Source: Candidatus Parcubacteria bacterium (GTDB lineage Bacteria > Patescibacteriota > Minisyncoccia > Phycocordibacterales > EsbW-18). Taken from it: a stretch of DNA of 64,000 nt. The position numbers were made by a program, and so were the translations under genes. Below the pieces are notes generated by a model. It made no database searches. It was not told the origin of the DNA and was given only the letters and a program-made list of their open reading frames with translations. This document shows, piece by piece, positions 1 to 11,372 of this stretch. The stretch covers positions 2,407 to 66,406 of the forward strand of contig JBDKFZ010000012.1 of the NCBI GenBank assembly GCA_039798445.1, written 5' to 3'. The stretch's first letter is position 1, and each line of letters begins with the position of its first letter.

Positions 1-552
1 GATGATCGCAAGGTGCTTGCGTGAAAGACCTGAGACGAGCGTCATGCCGAGCCAGATACCAAACGCAACAATGGCACCACCAAAGTCTGGCTGAACAAAC
101 AGAAGAATAAAAAAGATGAATGCATACGCGCCCGAGACAAAAATGTGGCGAGCGTGAGCGATCTCGACGTGCCGACGTGAAAAATATTTGGCCAAGATGA
201 TGACAAGCGCGAGCTTTGCCGGGTCAGACGGCTGAATAAAGAACACGCCAAGGTCAAAGCGCGACATGGCACCCATGGTGATCGTTCCGAGACCAAAGAG
301 AAGCGCGAGCGAGACAACTGATGCGATGAAAATGGTGACGACCACCGGCGTTGTGCGGAGAAATCGCCAGTCGACGAGGCTCGCACCAAAGAACACCGCA
401 ATCGAAACCAAGAACCACACAAGCTGTTGCTGAAAGAAGCTATTCGACGGTCCAAATGAGTTCATCGTCACCAATCCCGCCATGACGAGCAGCCCAGCAG
501 CACCGAGCATGAGCCAGTTCACTGAGCGACTAAAAGATGCGAGCGGAGACAT
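1..552 (-). CDS. FtsW/RodA/SpoVE (SEDS) family cell-wall polymerase, N-terminal 184 aa; gene continues beyond window start
   Basis: Not in the ORF track (no stop in window). Reverse-complement translation from ATG at 552..550 gives MSPLASFSRSVNWLMLGAAGLLVMAGLVTMNSFG...DPAKLALVIILAKYFS...PDFGGAIVAFGIW, a multi-TM pattern typical of SEDS proteins. Confidence 0.6.
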   Translation of the reverse strand, partial: MSPLASFSRSVNWLMLGAAGLLVMAGLVTMNSFGPSNSFFQQQLVWFLVSIAVFFGASLVDWRFLRTTPVVVTIFIASVVSLALLFGLGTITMGAMSRFDLGVFFIQPSDPAKLALVIILAKYFSRRHVEIAHARHIFVSGAYAFIFFILLFVQPDFGGAIVAFGIWLGMTLVSGLSRKHLAII

Positions 553-555
553 GGT

Positions 556-1311
556 CTATCGGTCTGAAAATACAGGAATGATGTCGATCTGTGCCACGGA
601 ATCCGAGAACGGCTGCGGCCAGGTGAATACAACGCGCGTCTCAGCGAGCGCATCGAGTCCGTCGACGATGGTGCGCGATGCGTGGAGTGCATTGCCTTCG
701 ATGTCATAGAGGATCGCGACTGCGGCGAATTCCCCTACCGCATCGGTGGTATCGTTGTGCAAAATAGCAGTAACGGTCGGCTGCGTCGCCTCGTTCTCGA
801 TCTTCTCGTCGCGTACCGAAATATCGTATGGCAACTCATCTTGTCGGACCCATACCGGCTCACCGAGCGTGAATTCAGAACGGGTCGGGATGCGTGAGCC
901 TGTCTGCAAGCCGGTCTCAAAGATTGGTATCACACTCTTCGGTGGCAACGAGATGAGTCCCTTCTTTTCGTACACGAGCACGTTATCGGCTCCACGAAGC
1001 TTGAAGCTGTATGGAACATCAACAGCACCGACGGTGGCGTTTGGATTCTCGACAAGTGCGAGGGTGCTATAAACACCGGGGATCACATTAAAAAGACGGC
1101 TCCACTGTGTAAGTGCATCCGCCGCACTGAAGCTACAGATAATCGGACAGTTACCACCACAATCGACGCCATCCTCGAGCCCGTTCTGGATACCATCGGT
1201 ACACGTCGGTTCTTCATGAAAAAAGAAATACGTCGGCACACCAATGATAATCGCAAAGGCGACGATGAGACCCAAGAGATAGAGTGCGCGACGGCGGGAT
1301 GCCCAAGACAT
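556..1311 (-). CDS. hypothetical membrane-anchored protein, one N-terminal TM and a Cys-rich segment (CTDGIQNGLEDGVDCGGNCPIIC)
   Basis: The ORF track 556..1350 starts with TTG inside a repeat; the first ATG (MSWASRRRALYLLGLIVAFAIIIG) is at 1311. ATGA-type abutment to the downstream SEDS gene. Confidence 0.5.
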   Translation of the reverse strand: MSWASRRRALYLLGLIVAFAIIIGVPTYFFFHEEPTCTDGIQNGLEDGVDCGGNCPIICSFSAADALTQWSRLFNVIPGVYSTLALVENPNATVGAVDVPYSFKLRGADNVLVYEKKGLISLPPKSVIPIFETGLQTGSRIPTRSEFTLGEPVWVRQDELPYDISVRDEKIENEATQPTVTAILHNDTTDAVGEFAAVAILYDIEGNALHASRTIVDGLDALAETRVVFTWPQPFSDSVAQIDIIPVFSDR

Positions 1312-1358
1312 GGGTATAGTATACAGCAAGTAGCAATTGGCAATGAGCAATTAAGAAT

Positions 1359-1467
1359 GCGAAGCGACCTGTCCATCCAAGGAGCCTACGGAGCGCGACT
1401 GGCGCGAGTCGAGCGGCGAGCTAGCAAGCGAGACCGCGTGCTCCTTGGAGGGAACAGGGAGCGGAGC
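1359..1467 (+). repeat. GC-rich ~110-bp palindromic repeat element, copy B1 (second copy at 27681..27789, same orientation)
   Basis: Near-identical to 27681..27789 (differences at about 4 positions). Contains a perfect 10-bp inverted repeat tccaaggagc ... gctccttgga. Confidence 0.8.
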
Positions 1468-1505
1468 AAGAGAGCGAAGGTCAGTTAGATGAGTTTCGGG
1501 ATAAA

Positions 1506-1538
1506 GAAAAACCCCAACGATTTGTTGGGGTTTTTCTG
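1506..1538 (-). terminator. rho-independent terminator of the rRNA operon
   Basis: Hairpin ccccaac-gatttg-ttgggg followed by a T-run on the minus strand, immediately 3' of the 5S rRNA. Confidence 0.7.
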
Positions 1539-1552
1539 TTCAAGCTCCTTAA

Positions 1553-1659
<107 letters not shown>

Positions 1660-1723
1660 TTACGAAGCTCGAAATAATATCAATGAACACCGGAGACTGG
1701 CCATCTCCTAAAAAGAGATGGTG

Positions 1724-1797
1724 TGGTGGACCTAGGAGGATTCGAACCTCCGACCTCGTGAGTATCAGTCACGCGCTCTACGCTGAGCTATAGGTCC
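1724..1797 (-). tRNA. tRNA-Ile (anticodon GAT), CCA encoded
   Basis: Reverse complement GGACCTATAGCTCAGCGTAGAGCGCGTGACTGATACTCACGAGGTCGGAGGTTCGAATCCTCCTAGGTCCACCA folds as a cloverleaf: 7-bp acceptor, short D-loop, anticodon loop CTGATAC, T-loop TTCGAAT. Confidence 0.85.
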
Positions 1798-2110
1798 ACA
1801 TGAAAAACATTGTGAAGAACTACACGCGCGGGCGTCCGGAGGGCACGAAACCCTCTCTGATAAGAACGAGTTGCCTCGCTCCATCAGAACGTCCACCTAA
1901 GCCTTCCGGAGGATCCGGAAGTGTCTGACACTCTCGCGTCATGACTTGCCTTCGGAAACGACGGAGCGACCCGTGCGCAATGACCGGACCGTAGTCCGAC
2001 CAATCTTCGATGTTCATTGAATTGTGAAAGATCGTCCTGTGACGCCATTAACAACTTCATACTGTAGAGAATGAGAGAAACGTGGGGATTTTGTTTTGAT
2101 TTTCAGATTA

Positions 2111-5475
<3,365 letters not shown>

Positions 5476-5649
5476 AGGAAATCTAAAAACCTCTACATTA
5501 TCTTCCTACATTTCTTACCCTCCATAACTTGCGTCATGGAGGACTACAATCCACCCGATGCACTTTCGTACATCAGGCTTACCTGTTTTTCTTAATTCTC
5601 TACAGTATGAAATTGTCAACGTACATCAGCTCTCTCTTAAAAAACAAAT

Positions 5650-5668
5650 TCCGCCTCGCGGGCGGATT
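5650..5668 (-). terminator. hairpin plus T-run on the minus strand upstream of the 23S 5' end (insulator terminator or leader processing stem)
   Basis: tccgcc-tcgcg-ggcgga preceded by aaaacaaa on the plus strand, which is a U-run after the hairpin on the minus strand. Confidence 0.35.
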
Positions 5669-5934
5669 CCTGGGGTCGAGCACTTCCGTGCAAGGCCTTA
5701 GGGCATCCGCTGCGTCTTGGGAAGTGAATTCATAATCGAGAGTGAGGGCATTATATACGGCTCAAAATAAGGTGTCAACTCCGTCCCATGCTTTACCCGC
5801 CTCATATATTGGGTATTGGGGTAGGCTCCAAAAAAGGACAAAATATAAGGCTTTTTTGGAGGGTCAATTTGATAACCTGTGGAAAGCCTGGGGATTCACT
5901 CTATTTTCATTATCTGCCTGTACAATAGGGTCTT

Positions 5935-7389
5935 ATGAACGAAAAAATACCGCCCGTTGAAGCCTCTGTTGAAAGACCACCAAAAGCAAAAGAACTCTGG
6001 ATCTCAGCTTCTGAAACATTCCCCGAAGAAGAGCTTTCTCGCATGGTTCAGGAGCAAGAATTTACAACAACGGTCCGACTCGGTGACAGAACACCCAACA
6101 GTGAAGATCCAAAGGGTGCATATCATCCGGGACACTTTGTCGCCTTCCGCATCAAGCGTCCTGACGGTACATTCGCGCAGGATATACCGGTCGTCATCAC
6201 CGAAACACGACTAGAACAAATTGCCACGATGCCAGAAGAAGCACTTACGAACGATCCAGTTGACGGCGATACAAAAGAAAAACTAATCGTGCGTCTCGAA
6301 GGGGCATACAACAAAACAATCGCTCCCACCGACATCGTAACGATTGTTAATTTTGAAAATGCCGACGGTCTCGCCTCAGTCGAAGATCTTCTGCGTACAC
6401 ACGTACTCGCACGTGCCGAAGCGCCGCTCGACAATCCAAAGGATATAGAATTCGATTGCTACACTGTCCCCCTCATCGAACACGACTACCCAGCAAAAAC
6501 GCCGGTGATGTGGAACGCCGCGTACAAAGCATTCGGTATCGATGCTGGCAACATCATGCTTGTTGGTGATCCAACATCTGGCGAACACATTTTGTCCGCT
6601 CTCAAAAAGGATGAACACTACATCGGTGGAGGCGCGGGTGTCGGCTTCAAAGACGCAGTTGTAGAACACCTTGATGAGCTCGACGAAACAGCAATAGAAG
6701 CCGGCTCGGTCAATTTCATACTAAAAACCGAGGCGGGTCAGCTTCGCGGTTTTAACACAGACGGCCTTGGATTCGCTGAAGGCCTCGAAGATCTCTTCTC
6801 CCAGAACGATGAGTCTCTCACGGGAAAACGGATGATTATTCTTGGTTCCGGTGGGACAGGCAACGCTGTTGCTTCGGCACTCGCCGGCAAAGGCGCTCGA
6901 CTAACCATCATCAACCGCACTGTCGAGAAAGCGCAGCAGTTGGCCAAAAAGATGAACGAACGATATGGAGTAGACACCGCGACCGCAGACAGCGAGGACT
7001 CTATCGCTACGCATGTTCAAACAGCTGACGCCATCATTAACGTCTCAACAAAAGGATCAAAAGGCGCACTTGAGGGATATTCGGCACTTGCTCCCGCCTC
7101 TCTCCCTGCAAACCCAGAGAACCTCGAAGCAAATCTCAAGAGCGCGCAAGAGATTTTCGAGATGATTCCGAAAAATGCGATTGTCGCTGACGTAGTGCTT
7201 GCAGGAAAACCAACCCCCCTCATCGCTGAAGCACATGCACGCGGCCTTCGTACAATGGATGGGATACCGATGGTCATCAACCAAGGGGTCAAAGCTTTCA
7301 TGATCCTACATGGGGACGAGCTCGCCGAAAAAGGCTTCACCGAGGACGACGTAAAGAGAGTTATGAACGAGGCGGCCTCTCGAGCATAG
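5935..7389 (+). CDS. shikimate/quinate 5-dehydrogenase (AroE) family protein with a ~175-aa N-terminal extension of unknown function
   Basis: C-terminal 300 aa matches the AroE fold: substrate domain with GFNTDGLGF and catalytic Lys in GVGFKDAV, then a Rossmann segment ILGSGGTGNAVASALAGKGARLTIINRT. No recognisable domain in residues 1-175. Confidence 0.65.
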   Translation: MNEKIPPVEASVERPPKAKELWISASETFPEEELSRMVQEQEFTTTVRLGDRTPNSEDPKGAYHPGHFVAFRIKRPDGTFAQDIPVVITETRLEQIATMPEEALTNDPVDGDTKEKLIVRLEGAYNKTIAPTDIVTIVNFENADGLASVEDLLRTHVLARAEAPLDNPKDIEFDCYTVPLIEHDYPAKTPVMWNAAYKAFGIDAGNIMLVGDPTSGEHILSALKKDEHYIGGGAGVGFKDAVVEHLDELDETAIEAGSVNFILKTEAGQLRGFNTDGLGFAEGLEDLFSQNDESLTGKRMIILGSGGTGNAVASALAGKGARLTIINRTVEKAQQLAKKMNERYGVDTATADSEDSIATHVQTADAIINVSTKGSKGALEGYSALAPASLPANPENLEANLKSAQEIFEMIPKNAIVADVVLAGKPTPLIAEAHARGLRTMDGIPMVINQGVKAFMILHGDELAEKGFTEDDVKRVMNEAASRA

Positions 7390-7409
7390 GTAAAAATGAT
7401 TTTAGCAAC

Positions 7410-7444
7410 AACGAACTCCGCCCCAGACTGCGAGCGGAGTTCGT
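7410..7444. terminator. GC-rich 12-bp stem hairpin between the aroE-like stop and the convergent small ORF (weak U-run)
   Basis: aacgaactccgc-cccagactgcga-gcggagttcgtt. Confidence 0.4.
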
Positions 7445-7476
7445 TGCGCGCGTCGGTGGCGGAGTGATAGAGAAAG

Positions 7477-7683
7477 TTACATCACCTTGAGGAGGGTGAA
7501 TGCGACCTGTCCAGGCCGCGGTGATGGAGCGACGGAAACGACTCGCGCCACCCCGTAAAACTGAGCGAGCTCCCAGGAGACTTGGTCTCCTTCCTTGAGA
7601 TTCCACTCTTGAGGCACGTGTTCCACCACCTCCTCGTTGTGATCGAACTTCTGAAAATGGAGTAGACCAATTTCGATATTCAT
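7477..7683 (-). CDS. hypothetical small protein (68 aa)
   Basis: A GAGGAG Shine-Dalgarno sits 6 nt upstream of the ATG, and hairpin terminators flank both sides. No recognisable domain. Confidence 0.4.
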   Translation of the reverse strand: MNIEIGLLHFQKFDHNEEVVEHVPQEWNLKEGDQVSWELAQFYGVARVVSVAPSPRPGQVAFTLLKVM

Positions 7684-7752
7684 CGGCTTCTCCTCGGTAG
7701 GGTGTCCGTTGACGAGAGTATTCTCTCTTCAAACCTTTTGCAACTCCAAAAG

Positions 7753-7786
7753 AAAAACCTCCCCGAGATGGGGAGGTTTTTCTGAC
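7753..7786. terminator. bidirectional rho-independent terminator (downstream of the RRM gene)
   Basis: aaacctcccc-gagat-ggggaggttt flanked by A-runs and T-runs. Confidence 0.7.
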
Positions 7787-7804
7787 ACCGAGGTGTCCGG
7801 GATA

Positions 7805-8110
7805 TTACCAGCGGTTGCCGCTGTCGTATCCGCCGTTGTCGCGGCGAGGAGGACGCTCTGCCATTGGGCGAGCGACATTCACCGTGAGAGGACGACCATC
7901 GAAATCCTTCTCGTGGAACATTTCGATTGCCTTCTGTGCGTCTGCTTCAGACGACATCTGGACGAAACCGAAGCCTTTCGAGCGACCGGTCATCTTGTCC
8001 TTAATAATGGTTGCTGATGCAACCGCACCGGCCTGGCTAAAGTGGTCCGTGAGCGTCTGCTCAGTGGTACCGTAGCTCAAGTTTCCGACGTACAATTTTG
8101 CGTTATCCAT
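7805..8110 (-). CDS. RNA-binding protein with one RRM domain and a Gly/Arg-rich tail
   Basis: Contains RNP-2 KLYVGNLSY and RNP-1 RSKGFGFVQM. The first ATG giving MDNAKLYVGNL is at 8110; the ORF-track start at 8161 is probably an upstream extension. Confidence 0.8.
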   Translation of the reverse strand: MDNAKLYVGNLSYGTTEQTLTDHFSQAGAVASATIIKDKMTGRSKGFGFVQMSSEADAQKAIEMFHEKDFDGRPLTVNVARPMAERPPRRDNGGYDSGNRW

Positions 8111-8192
8111 ACTGCTTGTTATGTCCCATCCGCTTATCGCTTCAGGAGACCCTATAAACACTGACCAGAGTACCAGACTCTTGATAAAAAGT

Positions 8193-11100
8193 CTATAAAG
8201 TGCCCGCTTGGGTTTTTATAAGCTCCTGCAAGAGCTGTTTAAGGAGCTCTATGAGCTTGAGCTGGAGCTGTTCAAGTGGCGTCCCCGTGGCTGGTGGCAT
8301 TGTTTCTCCACTCCCACCTCCCCCGCTTCGTCGGTGTGAACCACTACTTCCACCATCATCTTCCTCGTCTTCAGCTGGTGGAGTTTCTTCTTCATTTATT
8401 TCTTCCCAAACAAAAACATCTGCAACCCCATTAGTATCTCCAATTACAAGGTTTGTGTTTGAAGAATAAAAGGAAACAACCGTGCCACCATCAGAAACAT
8501 CTGGATATGAAACAGATGCGCCACCATCCGCAATACCAACACCTTCTGTTATCAATAATTCAACATCCTCTTCTCTGTCGTAACGATATAAATGGAGATC
8601 TTCTCCGCCCTCATCATACGCCGTATAAAAAACATAACGCCCATCTGATGACACGGCCACACGACCGCTCACATATCCATTGCCTGTAACATAGTCATCA
8701 CCAATAAGTTCTGTTGTACCGAGAGTACGGTCTCGAAGAAAGACTGCTCCGCTTCCATTTACTTCATCAGCAGTTAGGTTTGTTGAATCAGACCAAAACA
8801 CAACGTAGCGGCCATCTTCGGAAATAGCTGGGGTTGTCGCCGAAGCGTCACCAGTCACTTCATCACTATCTACATCGACTTGTTCCGTTGTGTCACTTTC
8901 ACGGTCAAACAAAAATACGTTTGTAAGAGAGGTGTCATTATCAAACCGAACATACACAATATATCGGCCGTCGTTAGACAGTATTAGTTCATCCTCATTT
9001 GCATTCAAAAAATACTGATCCTCAGTATCAAAAGCAACTTCTCGGGTAATCGCTTCCATAGTTTGGTCGTAGACAAAAATATCAGTTTTTCCGTTAGTAT
9101 CCCCCACAACAAGATTGGTGGCCTGCGACGTGAACACAATGTAGCGACCATCCTCAGATAGTGCACTTCGTGCAGAATCACTATCTCCCTCTTCGCCTCC
9201 TTCGTTTTTACTTACAAATGTAAGTTCTTCTGTGTCACGATCATAGACAAAAACATTACTTACTCCAACCATATTCTCAGGAAGGAGAAGCCCTGAAGTT
9301 GAAAATAGAACAAAACGTCCATCGCCCGATATCTCTGGCTCCCCTGCATTTTCAACATTTTCTCCTCCCTCCCCATTCAAACTTACGCGCTTAACACTGT
9401 TAGCCTGTCGATCATAGACAAAAATATCGTATGTGCCATTGGTATCATCAGGAACCAAATTTGTTGCGACTGATTCGAAGACAACATAGCGGCCGTCGCT
9501 TGAAATTTTTGGATTTTGCGAAGTTCCGTCTCCCTCTTCTGCCCCATCACTTATACTTACTCGTTCAAAATCAAACGTTATTGCTGGAGCGGCTATGAAG
9601 TTCCATGTTGTTTCGTCTGCAATACCAGCAAAAAGATTTCCGGATTCATCTTCAATCGCAGTTGCGTCTATGTGGAAGTAGTAGTCCGTTTCATTCTCGA
9701 GTGTAACTGTTGGAAAAAGAGATACGAGTGTACTATCAACCGTCACAGCATCTCCATCAGTCACATCGAATGTCTCAACAACACTGTCATCACTTGTCTT
9801 AAATAAAGTGATATTGCCTGTTCCGGCAACGACGGTTTCACTAAAATATAAATCGAACTGAGAAATATCTATTGCGACACCCGTTTCGTCGTCTCCCGGA
9901 GTAAAGCCAACGGATGTTGGCACCGCATCTGACGTGAAATTCCATGTTGTTTCATCAGAGATACCCACAAAACCGTTCCCAACCAAATCTTCAACGGCCC
10001 CTATATCAATAAGGAAATAATACTCTGTTCCCAACTCAAGCGTCACCGATGGATCTATGACAAGCGTGTCTGTTCCCGAAAGAGAAACCAGTCCTCCTGC
10101 AATATCTATTGTCTCCACGACAGAATCATCGGATGCATCGTACAAAACAATATCCCCTGTTGATGTCGCAATGTCTTGTTCAAACGTAATAGAAAATGTC
10201 GCATCAAGACCAATTTCAATAGCACCGTCTGCTGGATCAAATGTCGTAATGTTTGGTATATCAGGATACATATACACGCGACCGTTGTTTACGTTCGCTA
10301 TCATAAAGGAACCATCTGCATCCAGTGCAACTGCGTTCCACCCCTTGTCGGTAGCCCCTGCAGGTTGTTGTTCTGTCCAATTCTCACCACTATCGTCCGA
10401 TGTATAGAGACGACCACTGCTCACAGCGGCTATCAAATGTGAGCCATCAGAATCGGATGCAACAGTGATCCATGACTTATTAACAGCCCCCGCAGGTTGA
10501 CGCTCTGTCCAATCTACCCCTCCGTTACTTGAAGTGTAGAGACGACCATTGCTCACGCTGGCTATCAAATTGGAACCATCGGCATCAGAGGCAACACCCC
10601 ACCACAATGTATCAACATCTCCCGCAGGTTGACGCTCTATCCAATCTACCCCTCCGTTACTTGAAGTGTAGAGACGTCCACCAAGTACGCCGGCTATCAA
10701 GTTAGAACCATCGGCATCAGAATCTACCGATCGCCATTCTCCGTTAACATCTCCCGCAGGTTGACGCTCTATCCAATCTACCCCTCCGTTACTTGAAGTG
10801 TAGAGACGACCATTGGTGGCTATCCCCGCAATAAGATTTGAGCCATCAGCGTCAGAAGCGGCATCCCACCATGATTTTGTGACATCGCCCGCAGGTTGAC
10901 GCTCTGTCCAACTTACCCCTCCGTCATCAGATGTATAGAGACGGCTGTTTTGACCTCCCACAATAAGGTTCGAACCGTCATCATCAGAATCCAAAGCTCT
11001 CCATGAGCCATCAAAATTCCCAATGGGCTGACGTTGCGTCCATGTGATCCCTCCATTACTTGATGTCCAAAGTCTTCCACCACCACCAGAAGCTCCAACA

Positions 11101-11267
11101 AAAAGGTTTGAACCATCGGCGTCTGACGCCGCAGCAGACCATCCGTAATTAGCCGCAAACCCTGTAGGGGTCACCTCCAGCCACGTGTCTGTCGCAAACA
11201 CCAAACTTGGCAATACAAGCGCAAGTATCAAAAAAGAAAAAGTGAGGAAAGAAAGTAGTTTTTTCAT
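8193..11267 (-). CDS. giant secreted surface protein P1 (1024 aa): signal peptide, BNR/Asp-box-like propeller, Big_5-like Ig domains, PD40/TolB-like repeats, shared C-terminal helix module (no peptidoglycan-binding domain)
   Basis: Signal peptide MKKLLSFLTFSFLILALVLPSLVFA. About 8 repeats of S-x-[DN]-G-G-[VI]-[DST]-W-x-ERQPAG, 3 Ig-like units ending ETTWNFT, and about 7 repeats of SxDGRYVVFxSxATNLVxxDTNGxxDIFVYD. Tail reads GSHRRSGGGGSG...LEQLQLKLIELLKQLLQELIKTQAGTL. Confidence 0.8.
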   Translation of the reverse strand: MKKLLSFLTFSFLILALVLPSLVFATDTWLEVTPTGFAANYGWSAAASDADGSNLFVGASGGGGRLWTSSNGGITWTQRQPIGNFDGSWRALDSDDDGSNLIVGGQNSRLYTSDDGGVSWTERQPAGDVTKSWWDAASDADGSNLIAGIATNGRLYTSSNGGVDWIERQPAGDVNGEWRSVDSDADGSNLIAGVLGGRLYTSSNGGVDWIERQPAGDVDTLWWGVASDADGSNLIASVSNGRLYTSSNGGVDWTERQPAGAVNKSWITVASDSDGSHLIAAVSSGRLYTSDDSGENWTEQQPAGATDKGWNAVALDADGSFMIANVNNGRVYMYPDIPNITTFDPADGAIEIGLDATFSITFEQDIATSTGDIVLYDASDDSVVETIDIAGGLVSLSGTDTLVIDPSVTLELGTEYYFLIDIGAVEDLVGNGFVGISDETTWNFTSDAVPTSVGFTPGDDETGVAIDISQFDLYFSETVVAGTGNITLFKTSDDSVVETFDVTDGDAVTVDSTLVSLFPTVTLENETDYYFHIDATAIEDESGNLFAGIADETTWNFIAAPAITFDFERVSISDGAEEGDGTSQNPKISSDGRYVVFESVATNLVPDDTNGTYDIFVYDRQANSVKRVSLNGEGGENVENAGEPEISGDGRFVLFSTSGLLLPENMVGVSNVFVYDRDTEELTFVSKNEGGEEGDSDSARSALSEDGRYIVFTSQATNLVVGDTNGKTDIFVYDQTMEAITREVAFDTEDQYFLNANEDELILSNDGRYIVYVRFDNDTSLTNVFLFDRESDTTEQVDVDSDEVTGDASATTPAISEDGRYVVFWSDSTNLTADEVNGSGAVFLRDRTLGTTELIGDDYVTGNGYVSGRVAVSSDGRYVFYTAYDEGGEDLHLYRYDREEDVELLITEGVGIADGGASVSYPDVSDGGTVVSFYSSNTNLVIGDTNGVADVFVWEEINEEETPPAEDEEDDGGSSGSHRRSGGGGSGETMPPATGTPLEQLQLKLIELLKQLLQELIKTQAGTL

Positions 11268-11299
11268 GCAGAAATTGGTACTGGGGGGGGCAATGAATC

Positions 11300-11310
11300 A
11301 GTATACCAAA
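11300..11310 (-). promoter_or_regulatory. extended -10 box TGGTATACT (minus strand) upstream of P1
   Basis: Plus strand reads agtataccaaa; on the coding strand this is tttGGTATACT, about 35 nt upstream of the ATG and directly downstream of the P2 terminator. Confidence 0.4.
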
Positions 11311-11314
11311 CAAA

Positions 11315-11333
11315 AACCGCCTATTGAGCGGTT
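11315..11333 (-). terminator. rho-independent terminator after P2
   Basis: aaccgc-ctattga-gcggtt followed by tttttgtttgg on the minus strand. Confidence 0.6.
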
Positions 11334-11372
11334 CTTGTGTCTTGGTTGCATCAGCCCCTGATATAGAAAGGC

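Noticed and set aside
42-455. 137-aa minus ORF at the window start
   Set aside because: It is an alternate frame of the FtsW/RodA-like gene, whose correct frame (ATG at 552) gives a clear multi-TM SEDS pattern.
5476-5934. Expectation of a 16S rRNA gene or a tRNA-Ala upstream of 23S
   Set aside because: No 16S-like sequence or additional tRNA cloverleaf was found there. The region holds only a leader with small hairpins and the divergent aroE-like promoter.
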